Shown here piece by piece: positions 19,059 to 28,290 of a stretch of 52,615 nt of DNA. Both the position numbers and the translations under genes were made by a program. Under the pieces are notes generated by a model. It had not been told where the DNA came from and ran no database searches. It was given only the letters and a program-made list of their open reading frames with translations. Source of the stretch: a bacterium (lineage in GTDB: Bacteria; Patescibacteriota; Minisyncoccia; Phycocordibacterales; UBA12079); contig JAGYLJ010000005.1 in the NCBI GenBank assembly GCA_018401295.1, positions 1 to 52,615 of the forward strand, read 5' to 3'. How positions within the stretch are numbered: the first letter of the stretch is position 1; every line of letters starts with the position of its first letter.

Positions 19059-20324
19059 ATGGATAATATTTTATTTAAAATAAAAAAAATAATCCCCATT
19101 AAGTTATTCAAAAAACTTCAACCTTTTTATCATTATTTTCTTTCTTTATTAGGAGCTATAATCTATCGCTTCCCTTCCAGAAAAATCTTTGTCATTGGAG
19201 TTACAGGTACCAAAGGTAAAACTAGCACCACAGAATTGGTCAGTACAATCTTAGAAACTGCGGGCTATAAAACGGCATTAGCTGGAACTTTACGATTTAA
19301 GATTGGTGACCAAACCGAAAATAATAAATTTAAAATGACTATGCCGGGAAGATTTTTCCTGCAAAAATTCTTAAGAAAGGCTGTTCGAGAAAAATGTGAT
19401 TTTGTGATATTAGAAATGACTTCTGAGGGAACTAAACAATTTAGACATAAGTTTACTCAATTAAATTCATTGATTTTTACAAATTTAAGTCCTGAACACA
19501 TTGAATCTCACGGCTCCTACGAAAAATACCGCGAAGCAAAACTAAAAATAGTTAAAGCCTTAGAACACTCCCCTAAAAAAAGAAAAACCATTGTTGTAAA
19601 CAAAGACGACAAGGAGAGTCATTACTTTCTAGACAATAAAATAAAAGAGCAATACCAATATTCTCTCACAGATGCAGAACCTTTCGAGTTAAAAAAGTCT
19701 GGTTTATCAATGACTTTCGATGGAGAAAAAATAAATTCTTGTCTATCTGGGCAGTTTAATATCTATAATATTTTAGCAGCAATTAGTTTTGTGAAAAGTC
19801 AAAATGTCGGAATAAAAACAATTAAAGAAGCAATCGAAAATTTTAAGGGTATTCGTGGACGAGTAGAAAGAATTGAAGAAGGACAAGACTTCACTGTGGT
19901 CGTTGATTATGCTCACACAGCCGATTCATTAGAAAAAGTTTACGAAGCCTTCCCAAACTCAAAAAGAATTTGTGTTCTAGGGAACACAGGAGGAGGACGA
20001 GACAAATGGAAAAGAAAAGTTATGGGTTCTATTGCTGATAAATATTGTTCAGAAATTATTTTAACTAACGAAGACCCTTATGACGAAGACCCAAAAAAAA
20101 TTGTAGAGGATATTGCAGAAGGGATTGAAAAACCAATTTATGAAATAATTATGGACAGAAAAGAAGCCATTCAAAAAGCTATTTCGTCAGCTCAAACAGG
20201 AGATACTGTTTTAATTACTGGTAAGGGCACCGATCCATACATCATGGGTCCAAATAACTCCAAATTGGAGTGGGATGATGCTACAATAGTAAGAGAAATT
20301 ATTATTAACTCACTTAAAAAATAA
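19059..20324 (+). CDS. murE: UDP-N-acetylmuramoyl-tripeptide synthetase MurE
   Basis: IGVTGTKGKTST, FTNLSPEH, VVVDYAHT, GGGRDK.KR, TNEDP, GKG. Confidence 0.9.
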   Translation: MDNILFKIKKIIPIKLFKKLQPFYHYFLSLLGAIIYRFPSRKIFVIGVTGTKGKTSTTELVSTILETAGYKTALAGTLRFKIGDQTENNKFKMTMPGRFFLQKFLRKAVREKCDFVILEMTSEGTKQFRHKFTQLNSLIFTNLSPEHIESHGSYEKYREAKLKIVKALEHSPKKRKTIVVNKDDKESHYFLDNKIKEQYQYSLTDAEPFELKKSGLSMTFDGEKINSCLSGQFNIYNILAAISFVKSQNVGIKTIKEAIENFKGIRGRVERIEEGQDFTVVVDYAHTADSLEKVYEAFPNSKRICVLGNTGGGRDKWKRKVMGSIADKYCSEIILTNEDPYDEDPKKIVEDIAEGIEKPIYEIIMDRKEAIQKAISSAQTGDTVLITGKGTDPYIMGPNNSKLEWDDATIVREIIINSLKK

Positions 20325-20326
20325 AA

Positions 20327-21298
20327 ATGGATGAAGGAGCAAAAGGAATATTATGGGTCTTCGTCGGGGTCGGTCTGATTTGGTTGTTTTTAGGTGGACC
20401 AGGGAGGATGGCAGAAAAAACTGGAATCTTTATTAAACCACCCTCACCAATAGACACTGGCGAAACCTATGGGCAAATATCTTTTTGGGAATCTTTCAAA
20501 AATAATAAAGAAGTAGAGCCTTCTCAAAACCTAACAGACCAAGAAAAAGTAGCTATAGAATTGGAGAGAGTAAAAAAAGAAACCGAGGAGTTACAAAAAA
20601 CTCTAATAGAACTTGAGATAGAACAAAATACCTCACCTTATAATAAAAAAGTAAGTATTAGAAGAAGCTTGGGCTCACAAACAGACGTTAATCAAGAGTA
20701 TATAGAATTAAGCGTTAATCTCCCGGCAGGGGAAAAAGTTTTAATATCTGATTGGTCTCTGAAGAGCGAAATGACGGGCACGGAAATTAAAATAGGAAAT
20801 GCCACTAAACTGCCATATACCTCACAAATAAACAAAGAGTTCCCTATTTTTGCATCAGGAGGAGATAAAATAATTATTACAACAGGGAGATCTCCTATCG
20901 GGGTTTCTTTCCAAATAAATAAATGTTCAGGTTATTTAGAGCAATTTCAAGATTTCAAACCTTCTCTAGATAAAAATTGTCCCCTTGTAAAAGACGAAAA
21001 TTTACCTGTCTATGGTCCTAACTCTTTTAATGATGATTGTTGGAACTATATAGATAGAATTTCCCGTTGCGAAACCCCCCTTGTCTTTCCTTTAGATATG
21101 CAATACGAATGTCGTTCTTATCTAACAACAGAAGTTAATTACAACGCCTGTGTAAATAAATATAAAAATGAGAATAATTTTTACCAACCAGAGTGGAGAG
21201 TCTTTTTTGGTCGCGTTACTGAACTATGGAAAAAAGAAAGAGAAGTCATAAAACTTCTCGATGCCCAAAACAAAGTTGTTGATGTTTATTCATATTAG
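20327..21298 (+). CDS. membrane-anchored hypothetical protein (lamin-tail-like beta domain, Cys-rich)
   Basis: N-terminal TM; EYIEL..ISDWSLK..W....E.IKLLD...KVVD pattern. Confidence 0.65.
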   Translation: MDEGAKGILWVFVGVGLIWLFLGGPGRMAEKTGIFIKPPSPIDTGETYGQISFWESFKNNKEVEPSQNLTDQEKVAIELERVKKETEELQKTLIELEIEQNTSPYNKKVSIRRSLGSQTDVNQEYIELSVNLPAGEKVLISDWSLKSEMTGTEIKIGNATKLPYTSQINKEFPIFASGGDKIIITTGRSPIGVSFQINKCSGYLEQFQDFKPSLDKNCPLVKDENLPVYGPNSFNDDCWNYIDRISRCETPLVFPLDMQYECRSYLTTEVNYNACVNKYKNENNFYQPEWRVFFGRVTELWKKEREVIKLLDAQNKVVDVYSY

Positions 21299-21473
21299 TA
21301 AAATTTTTAATTTCGTAATTTTTCCACCCAAGCCTACCTGCTGATAGGCAGGACGAATCAACCTCGGGCTAACAATTTTTAAATAATTTTTAATGATTAA
21401 ATGTTCAATAAAAAAAGTGGTTCTTGCAAAGCAAGAACCACTTTTGACATAAAGTCATGGGTTTCTTCTTTCT

Positions 21474-21872
21474 TCAATAGGGGACTTCTTCGATAGAAAT
21501 AGGAAGAATTTCAGTGGCTGTGATCAAATCAGCGTGTTCTCTCAATGCTTTAGCTCTTCTGTTGAGATACTTCGCTATTCGCGGGCCTTCGTTGATTAGA
21601 AATTGTTCATATTTATGAGCTGTATCGCAACAGCAACCCCAAACGATTTCTTTTCCGCCGACGTTAAGCGTCCACACAGTACTGTCCCAATGAATATAAC
21701 TATCTGGATCAACCTTTTGTTTTTTCTGAATATCTTCAAGTTCTCCCTCTTCCCAATTCTGTGATTCATCCACAGAGAAGTAAGTTCTTCCACAAGCACA
21801 AACACGGATTTGCCCTCCGCCATGTGAGTCAAACACATCTCCAAACAACTTGGAACACTGTTCTTTTTCCAT
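21474..21872 (-). CDS. orphan Cys-rich hypothetical protein with perfect SD
   Basis: CACGR and GCCC motifs; AAAGGAGGTGAT upstream; terminator hairpin at about 21412-21444. Confidence 0.7.
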   Translation of the reverse strand: MEKEQCSKLFGDVFDSHGGGQIRVCACGRTYFSVDESQNWEEGELEDIQKKQKVDPDSYIHWDSTVWTLNVGGKEIVWGCCCDTAHKYEQFLINEGPRIAKYLNRRAKALREHADLITATEILPISIEEVPY

Positions 21873-21982
21873 AAAATCACCTCCTTTCTTTGTTTAATTT
21901 AAGAACGACAAATCTATAAACAAACTAACATAAATAAAAAAGAACGTCCATCAAAAAAAGTGATAGCCACCCTTTTTTCTTC

Positions 21983-22459
21983 TTAGAGATCCAACATCCT
22001 AAACAAAGCCACTCCGGTAGCTACAGACACATTGAGAGATTCTTTTTGCCCCTGCATAGGAATTTCCGCAATGATATCACACTGTTTCAACAAACTTTCA
22101 GAAATACCTTCCACTTCATTACCCAAAATAAAAGCGGTAGAATTTTTAATTTTTACCTTTTTATAATCAACGGAATTTTTTACTTGTTCAATACCAATAA
22201 TAGTAATGCCTTCTTTTTGTAACTTCTCGATTATTTCCTCTGGTTGTGAAAAATATTCCCAAGCCACATGTTTTTCCGCCCCCAATGCTACTTTGGTTAT
22301 GGCAGACACTTCTCTCCCAAATCTATCAATAGGTGTGGGTGTATAACCAGTCAAAAAAATCTTGGAAATACCACAAGCATCCGCGGTTCTGAAAATAGAC
22401 CCGACATTATAGGTACTTCTAATATTATGTAAAATTAAAAAAGTCTTCATATCTTTCAT
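21983..22459 (-). CDS. TrmH/SpoU-family RNA methyltransferase
   Basis: HNIRS.YNVGSIFRTADA, LGNEVEGI, IPMQG.KESLNVSVA. Confidence 0.93.
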   Translation of the reverse strand: MKDMKTFLILHNIRSTYNVGSIFRTADACGISKIFLTGYTPTPIDRFGREVSAITKVALGAEKHVAWEYFSQPEEIIEKLQKEGITIIGIEQVKNSVDYKKVKIKNSTAFILGNEVEGISESLLKQCDIIAEIPMQGQKESLNVSVATGVALFRMLDL

Positions 22460-22478
22460 ATTATGTTATAATACACTC

Positions 22479-22868
22479 ATGAATATACTAAATCCACTAC
22501 CAGATCTTCTTTCTTTTGCTTCTTTTGCTCCCCTTCTTCTACGTTTGGTCATTGGTTTTTATTTCTTAGAACAATTTTCCACTATAATCAATACTAAATA
22601 TATCAGTAAAGTTGATATAAAAATTAAGAGTATTTTTAAATATATTATTGGAATTAAAACTATAGCCACTATAGCTTTAATCATTGGATTTTATACACAA
22701 ATAGCTGTTTTAATTTTGATCACACTAACAATAATAGATATAATTTTGGAGAAAAAAGCGCATGAAATTAAAAAAACAAAGATACAACTTTACGCCTTTG
22801 TTCTAGTTATTTTACTTTCTCTCCTTTTCACAGGAGCAGGCTTCTTCTCAATAGATTTACCTCTTTAG
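22479..22868 (+). CDS. DoxX-like membrane protein
   Basis: APLLLRLVIG..LIIGFYTQIA..LLFTGAGFFSIDLPL. Confidence 0.8.
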   Translation: MNILNPLPDLLSFASFAPLLLRLVIGFYFLEQFSTIINTKYISKVDIKIKSIFKYIIGIKTIATIALIIGFYTQIAVLILITLTIIDIILEKKAHEIKKTKIQLYAFVLVILLSLLFTGAGFFSIDLPL

Positions 22869-22936
22869 CTTTCTCATAAACTGGACTTTTCTTCATTTTT
22901 TGTTATTATTTCTTTTGTATTTAAGTAAGTACTAAA

Positions 22937-23009
22937 CCGCTCGTAGCTCAGCCGGTAGAGCAGCAGCCTTTTAAGCTGACGGTCGCAGGTTCGATCCCTG
23001 CCGAGCGGA
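22937..23009 (+). tRNA. tRNA-Lys(TTT)
   Basis: CCGCTCG/CGAGCGG acceptor, CAGC-CTTTTAA-GCTG anticodon arm, GGTTCGATCCC. Confidence 0.93.
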
Positions 23010-23515
23010 CATTTTTATTTATATCTTTGAGCGAAATAGCGAAGACGGTGGAGATGAAAGCGACGTCTAGGAGCTTTCATGGCTTTTAAGCTGACGGTCG
23101 CAGGTTTGATTTCTCATAAAAGCCAATTGCTTGGCTTTTATGAGAAATCAAAAAGCTTTTGAGATATTTTTGATCCTGAGCTTGCCGAAGGAGAAAAAAA
23201 TATCCAAAAGGTATACTGTTCTGTAAGAAAGATCCCTGCCGAGCGGACAAATGTAGCGAAGCGGAATTTGTCCGCTTGGAGAAAGCCAACTGCTTGGTTT
23301 TCGTCAGGGAGCGAAAGCCGGAATATGTTGCGACTAAAAGGAGCAACAATGAGGCGGGGATAAAAAAACAAACTGCTTTGTTTTTTATCCAATTTTTGCG
23401 AAGCAAAAAATTTCCCATAGCGAGCGAAGCGAGTTGGTAAATAGGAGGACGCAAAAACTTATGGTTTTGAAGCCCACAGGGCGAACAAAATCATTAGTGA
23501 TTTGTGTACGATCCA
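23010..23515 (+). repeat. tRNA-Lys-linked structured elements, including a split copy of the tRNA 3' half
   Basis: tRNA fragments at 23083-23106 and 23231-23249; blocks shared with 3001-3100 and 3240-3285; TAGTGATTTGTG at about 23496. Confidence 0.85.
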
Positions 23516-23589
23516 TACTCACACATCTTAACCCTAAAGCATTAACTTTAGGGTTTTAGTATTTTGTCTATGATATAATTTTATTTACA

Positions 23590-24039
23590 ATGAAAAAATC
23601 AAATATAAAACTAGATGAATTTGATGAAAAATACCTTAAAAACCTCGACGATCATAAAAAAATCTTACTCACAGAAAAAGGAATTTATCATACCATCTTA
23701 CGTGATAATGAAAAGATTGGAATAGTCGGTTATATACCTGCAAAATCTCCTGACCACTCAGGCTTTGTTCAAATTGTAATCACCCCTAAACATAGGGGTG
23801 AAGGAATTGTTGAGGTTGCAGAGAATTTACTGGCACAAAAATATAATTTAAAGATTCTTTATGCCACAATTGAAAAAACCAATGTAACTTCAATTCGAGC
23901 CCACCAAAAAATAGGTTTTACTGCTCTGGATAACAAAAAATTAACTGATCTGAAAGAGAAAGGGCTCCTAAAAGGAAGTGAAGTTAGATTAGAAAAAACA
24001 TATATTCAAAACTACGATAAAAATAAAAATCTATCTTAG
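23590..24039 (+). CDS. GNAT family N-acetyltransferase
   Basis: I.PKHRGEGI..A, N..SIRAHQKIGF. Confidence 0.8.
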   Translation: MKKSNIKLDEFDEKYLKNLDDHKKILLTEKGIYHTILRDNEKIGIVGYIPAKSPDHSGFVQIVITPKHRGEGIVEVAENLLAQKYNLKILYATIEKTNVTSIRAHQKIGFTALDNKKLTDLKEKGLLKGSEVRLEKTYIQNYDKNKNLS

Positions 24040-25383
24040 ATTCTTAACCAACTTACAAAACTGGTCTCCTCGATCAAATTCATTCTTAAAATATTTTCCA
24101 AAAGAAGCAAAAGCAGGACTAAACAATAGAACACTCCCCTTTTTAGAATTATCCAAAGCTCTTTTTAAACAATCTTTTAAACCATCTTCTTCAAAACATT
24201 CTATTTTCTTATAAGACAATAGATCATCTTTTATTTCATCAGTCCCTTTCTCTTTAAACAAAACAACCCTTTGACATTTTTGTTTTATGATTCTAACTAA
24301 ATTTTTTGTATCTAAACCTTTACTACTCCCACCTGCAATCAAAATAATTTCCTTCTTTCCGAAAGAATTTAAAGCTGAGATAGTTGCCTCTGGCGAAGTA
24401 GCATTATTATCATTATAGATTTCAATCCCTTTATATTTTCTTAAAAACTGAAGCCTACCTTCCACAGAATCAAAATTCTCAACACTTTTTCTTATATTTT
24501 TTAAAGAAAGTCCAAAACTTAAAGTTACCGCAATGGCTAAAGCTATATTTTCTTTATTATGTTCACCTAACAATTTCAATTTCCAATTTTTTGGCAAAAC
24601 ATCTGTGTTAACCAAAAATTTTTGACAAAGACTTTTGTTTTTAAAATATTTTTTGATATTTTTTTCAGCTTGTTTAGTAAAAAAGAATAAATCTTCCTTT
24701 TTTTGATATTTAAAAATATTGGCTTTATCATCAAAGTATTTTTGACGATTATTTTTATAATAATTTAAATGATCGTCATAAAAGTTAGTAAAGACAGATG
24801 TTTGAGGACTAAGTTTGGCCTCACCAAAACCTTGTAACTGCCAAGAAGACAATTCCATGACCACAATATCTGCTTTTTTAACCTTTTCTAATAAAGGTAA
24901 GGTTGCCACTCCTTTAATATTTCCTCCTAAATAAACTTTGCGACCTAATTCTCGTTCATTGTCTTTTAAAATTTGAAAAATTAAAGTCGCCACAGTAGTT
25001 TTTCCACGAGTTCCTGTTACCCCAACAACCTCAACATCTGCTAATTTTGCGAACAAAGACTCATCCATCTCGATAGGAATTTTATTTTCTTTAGCCTTCT
25101 CCAAAAACTCAGATTTTAAAGGAATACCAGCTGATTTTAAAATCATATCTCTGTTTTCAAAATCTTTTAAACGATGTTCGCCCAAAACATATTTAATACT
25201 TTTATATTTTTTTAATTTATTTAAAGAAGTCTTCAGGTCATTCTCACTTTTCAGATCGGTAATGATTAAACTAGCCTTATTTTTAGACAAAAAAACAGAG
25301 TCACCTAACCCTCTCCCTAATAAACCCAAACCCATTAAAGTAATCTTTTTATTTTCAAAATATTTTTTATAAGATATTCTCAT
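24031..25383 (-). CDS. murD: UDP-N-acetylmuramoyl-L-alanine--D-glutamate ligase
   Basis: MGLG, GVTGTRGKTT, MELSSWQL, DHLNYY, YNDN.AT.P, LIAGG..KG, LFSPAFASF..F.NEFDRG. Confidence 0.94.
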   Translation of the reverse strand: MRISYKKYFENKKITLMGLGLLGRGLGDSVFLSKNKASLIITDLKSENDLKTSLNKLKKYKSIKYVLGEHRLKDFENRDMILKSAGIPLKSEFLEKAKENKIPIEMDESLFAKLADVEVVGVTGTRGKTTVATLIFQILKDNERELGRKVYLGGNIKGVATLPLLEKVKKADIVVMELSSWQLQGFGEAKLSPQTSVFTNFYDDHLNYYKNNRQKYFDDKANIFKYQKKEDLFFFTKQAEKNIKKYFKNKSLCQKFLVNTDVLPKNWKLKLLGEHNKENIALAIAVTLSFGLSLKNIRKSVENFDSVEGRLQFLRKYKGIEIYNDNNATSPEATISALNSFGKKEIILIAGGSSKGLDTKNLVRIIKQKCQRVVLFKEKGTDEIKDDLLSYKKIECFEEDGLKDCLKRALDNSKKGSVLLFSPAFASFGKYFKNEFDRGDQFCKLVKNLR

Positions 25384-25390
25384 AATAATT

Positions 25391-26680
25391 TTAATTTTCT
25401 AAAAACATATCCCCAACTTTCCATACGTCCCCTGCCCCCATGGTTATTACTATATCTTTATCTTTTATATTATTAATTCTTTCTACGGCTAAATTAAAAT
25501 TAGAAGCAAATACCACGTTCCTATTGTACTTTTTTATTTCTTCCACTAACATTTCAGAGTTAATACTTTCATCAAAACTCTCACGAGCTGCATAAATCGG
25601 CAAAATAATTACTTCGTCAACATCACCGAAACTTTGGGAAAATTCTTTTAAAAATATCTTCGTCCTACTATATAAATGAGGTTGGAAAACAACAACAATC
25701 TTTTTACTAGGAAAAAAATCTCTAAAACCCTTCAAGGTAATAGAAACTTCTGTAGGGTTGTGAGCATAATCATCATAAACTTTGATGCCTTCATTAATTT
25801 CTCCTTTATACTCTGATCTCCTCCAGGTTCCCTCAAAGCTATTTAAAGAATCTAGAGCCTGACGCCTCTCTATATTTAAAATTTCAGCCAAAGCTAAAAC
25901 GCTCTGGGCATTAACAATATTATGTTCTCCAGGGATTTTTAGTCCCAAACCTTCTCTTAAAATATTTTTATAATCAACTACACGGCATTTCGCCAAAGCC
26001 ACAACAGGTTCAAGATTTTTATGTTTAACATCACAAATTAAATAATCACCTTCTGACATTTTGGAAACAAGTTCATTAAAAGCACTTTGGATATCAACTA
26101 AATCTTTATAATAATCTAAATGATCTAAATCAATATTAGTAATAATTAAAATATGAGGTTTAAAATTCAAAAAGGACCTTTTGTATTCACAAGCTTCAAT
26201 AATTAAATACTCTCCTTGCCCAGAAATATAATTAGTCCCAGTTTCCTTAAGTAAAGAACCAACCACCACTGTGGGGTCAAAATTTGCTTCAATTAAGACT
26301 TTAGCCGTCATGGCTGTAGTAGTTGTCTTCCCATGAGTTCCTGACACAGCTATTAAAGAATAATTCTGAGAAAACAAACCTAAAGCTTGTGGATAAGACA
26401 ATGTAGTAATTCCTAATCTTTTAGCTTCAAGTATTTCTGGGTTAGATTCGTTTATAGCAGGGCTATAAACGATTAAATCAATATCCTTGGCTACATTAGC
26501 CGATTGATGACCGATAAAAATCGTAACCCCTAAATCCTTCAAACTCTGAGTTATTTTAGATTCAGACATATCAGAACCACTCACTTGCTTTTTACCGTCT
26601 AAAAACATTCGTGCCAAAGCAGAAACTCCAATTCCGCCAACCCCAACTAAGTGTATTTTCTTCAAATCTTTTAAATCCAT
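25391..26680 (-). CDS. murC: UDP-N-acetylmuramate--L-alanine ligase
   Basis: HLVGVGGIGVSALA, SGTHGKTTTT, IEACE, DDYAHNPTE, FQPHLYSRT, MGAGD. Confidence 0.95.
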   Translation of the reverse strand: MDLKDLKKIHLVGVGGIGVSALARMFLDGKKQVSGSDMSESKITQSLKDLGVTIFIGHQSANVAKDIDLIVYSPAINESNPEILEAKRLGITTLSYPQALGLFSQNYSLIAVSGTHGKTTTTAMTAKVLIEANFDPTVVVGSLLKETGTNYISGQGEYLIIEACEYKRSFLNFKPHILIITNIDLDHLDYYKDLVDIQSAFNELVSKMSEGDYLICDVKHKNLEPVVALAKCRVVDYKNILREGLGLKIPGEHNIVNAQSVLALAEILNIERRQALDSLNSFEGTWRRSEYKGEINEGIKVYDDYAHNPTEVSITLKGFRDFFPSKKIVVVFQPHLYSRTKIFLKEFSQSFGDVDEVIILPIYAARESFDESINSEMLVEEIKKYNRNVVFASNFNLAVERINNIKDKDIVITMGAGDVWKVGDMFLEN

Positions 26681-26681
26681 A

Positions 26682-27431
26682 TTACAATTCTAAGATAAAT
26701 TTTTCTAAAGCTAAATCAAATTCTAAACCCCCACGACGAGCATCATGGTAAATAGAAACTAAGCTTGAACTCATATTTTCCAATTCATCTTTAGAATATT
26801 TTCTCAAATAACCTCTTGCCTTATTAAAAACAAAAGGTTTCAAACCTGATTCTGCCACATTTTTTGATTTTAGAACCTGAAACATTGTTTTCAGCTGCCA
26901 AAACAAAATACCACTCACTTCTTCTGTTGGAATATCTTTTGCTTTTGTTTTTTGATACAAGACCCATAAATCTTTTTTATTGCGATTTCCAAAACAGGTA
27001 GCTAAATCAAAAATATTAAATTCGCTTGGATTAAAACTACTGCTGTTTGTAGAAAAATCTCTCCCAACATTTTTCTTTAAAGGAAATTCCTGTACCTTGG
27101 CAGAATATTTTTCTATTTTTTTTAAAAAAGGACTCTTAATTTTAGTTTCAATAAAAATAAAAATATTTTCTGATTTTTCTAAATCTTCCAATTTATCTAA
27201 TAAAAATTTAGAAATGGTTAAATCTTCAAATAAACCGTCCATTTGAACAATATATTTTTTTTCAAATAGGCCTTGGCTCTCTATAAATTCTTCTAATTTA
27301 ATTTCTATAAAACTATCACTATCCAACTTAAAAAAACCAGCGTTAGGTTTTTTTAAAAACAAAGATTCTAGAAGAGATTTTAATTTTCCTCTTGATTTAT
27401 TGGTATCTTCTCCATATAAAAAATAAATCAT
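26682..27431 (-). CDS. holA: DNA polymerase III delta subunit-like protein
   Basis: MIYFLYGED N-terminus, GLF, NIFDL, LKPFV..KA, LALEKFILEL C-terminus; shorter than canonical. Confidence 0.65.
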   Translation of the reverse strand: MIYFLYGEDTNKSRGKLKSLLESLFLKKPNAGFFKLDSDSFIEIKLEEFIESQGLFEKKYIVQMDGLFEDLTISKFLLDKLEDLEKSENIFIFIETKIKSPFLKKIEKYSAKVQEFPLKKNVGRDFSTNSSSFNPSEFNIFDLATCFGNRNKKDLWVLYQKTKAKDIPTEEVSGILFWQLKTMFQVLKSKNVAESGLKPFVFNKARGYLRKYSKDELENMSSSLVSIYHDARRGGLEFDLALEKFILEL

Positions 27432-27563
27432 CAAAATTAAGTATAAAGTCAAAAACCTATAAAGTCTACAAAGACTAAAAAACCCCAAAATAAACTCTTC
27501 TCATAAACGGAGAGGTTAAACCTCTCCGTTTTTACTTTCGACTTTATAGACTTTTGAATAATT

Positions 27564-28088
27564 TTATTCTCTCTCTGAATAACGATTAAAACATTCAGTT
27601 TTATCAACTTGGATCTTTAGCCTATCTTTTTGTTTATATGGTTCTATTTGTCTATTACACTCTTCATTATTAAATAATTTTTCCCCGTTAAGACCCAAGT
27701 CTATATTTATACATTGCACCAACACATCATTATAATGTTTTTGTAGTTGAGTCCATTCATCCTCAGCTTTTGCTAAACAAATATCTAACAGGTCCCGATT
27801 AAGAGAGCTACCTAGTCTTACTTTGTTATCATCCTTATTTAGAGTTGTTGTTAATTCACTTATTTTTTCTTTATTTTGATTTAATAAAGCAACATTCTCT
27901 TCATCGTTTAGCTTAATATCAACAAACAAACCTTTTATAAAATCAACCATGGTCTGAAAGCTAGAATCTTGATTAACACTTTCTAAATTTTCAGCCCTTG
28001 TAATTGAAGCATAATAAACAGTTGCCATAATTAGCACAACCACGAATGATCCAATAACCGGCCATTTTAATTTTTTTTTGTATTCCAT
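27564..28088 (-). CDS. secreted or membrane-anchored hypothetical protein
   Basis: 174-aa ORF with N-terminal hydrophobic segment and four Cys. Confidence 0.65.
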   Translation of the reverse strand: MEYKKKLKWPVIGSFVVVLIMATVYYASITRAENLESVNQDSSFQTMVDFIKGLFVDIKLNDEENVALLNQNKEKISELTTTLNKDDNKVRLGSSLNRDLLDICLAKAEDEWTQLQKHYNDVLVQCINIDLGLNGEKLFNNEECNRQIEPYKQKDRLKIQVDKTECFNRYSERE

Positions 28089-28290
28089 AATAAAAACATG
28101 TACCCCAACTGTGCTGGAGAAATATAATTGATTTTTTTAAAATTTTATTTGGTAAAAATAATTTAAATTTATAAATTTATATTATTTTCACCTGGTAAGT
28201 TTAGTCCCTATGTTAAGACACAACTAATCTAGTATTTTATAGAAAAAAATATTTTTGTCCACTTACCACAATAAAATATTTAATGTGTAA

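Noticed and set aside
2832-23454. ORFs sharing KNWIKNKAVCF (2832-3104, 8270-8590, 23086-23454) and other short ORFs at 3059-4082 and 7900-8625
   Set aside because: They are translations of the palindromic tRNA-linked repeats, overlap tRNAs, have inconsistent starts and ends, and conservation tracks base-pairing rather than codons
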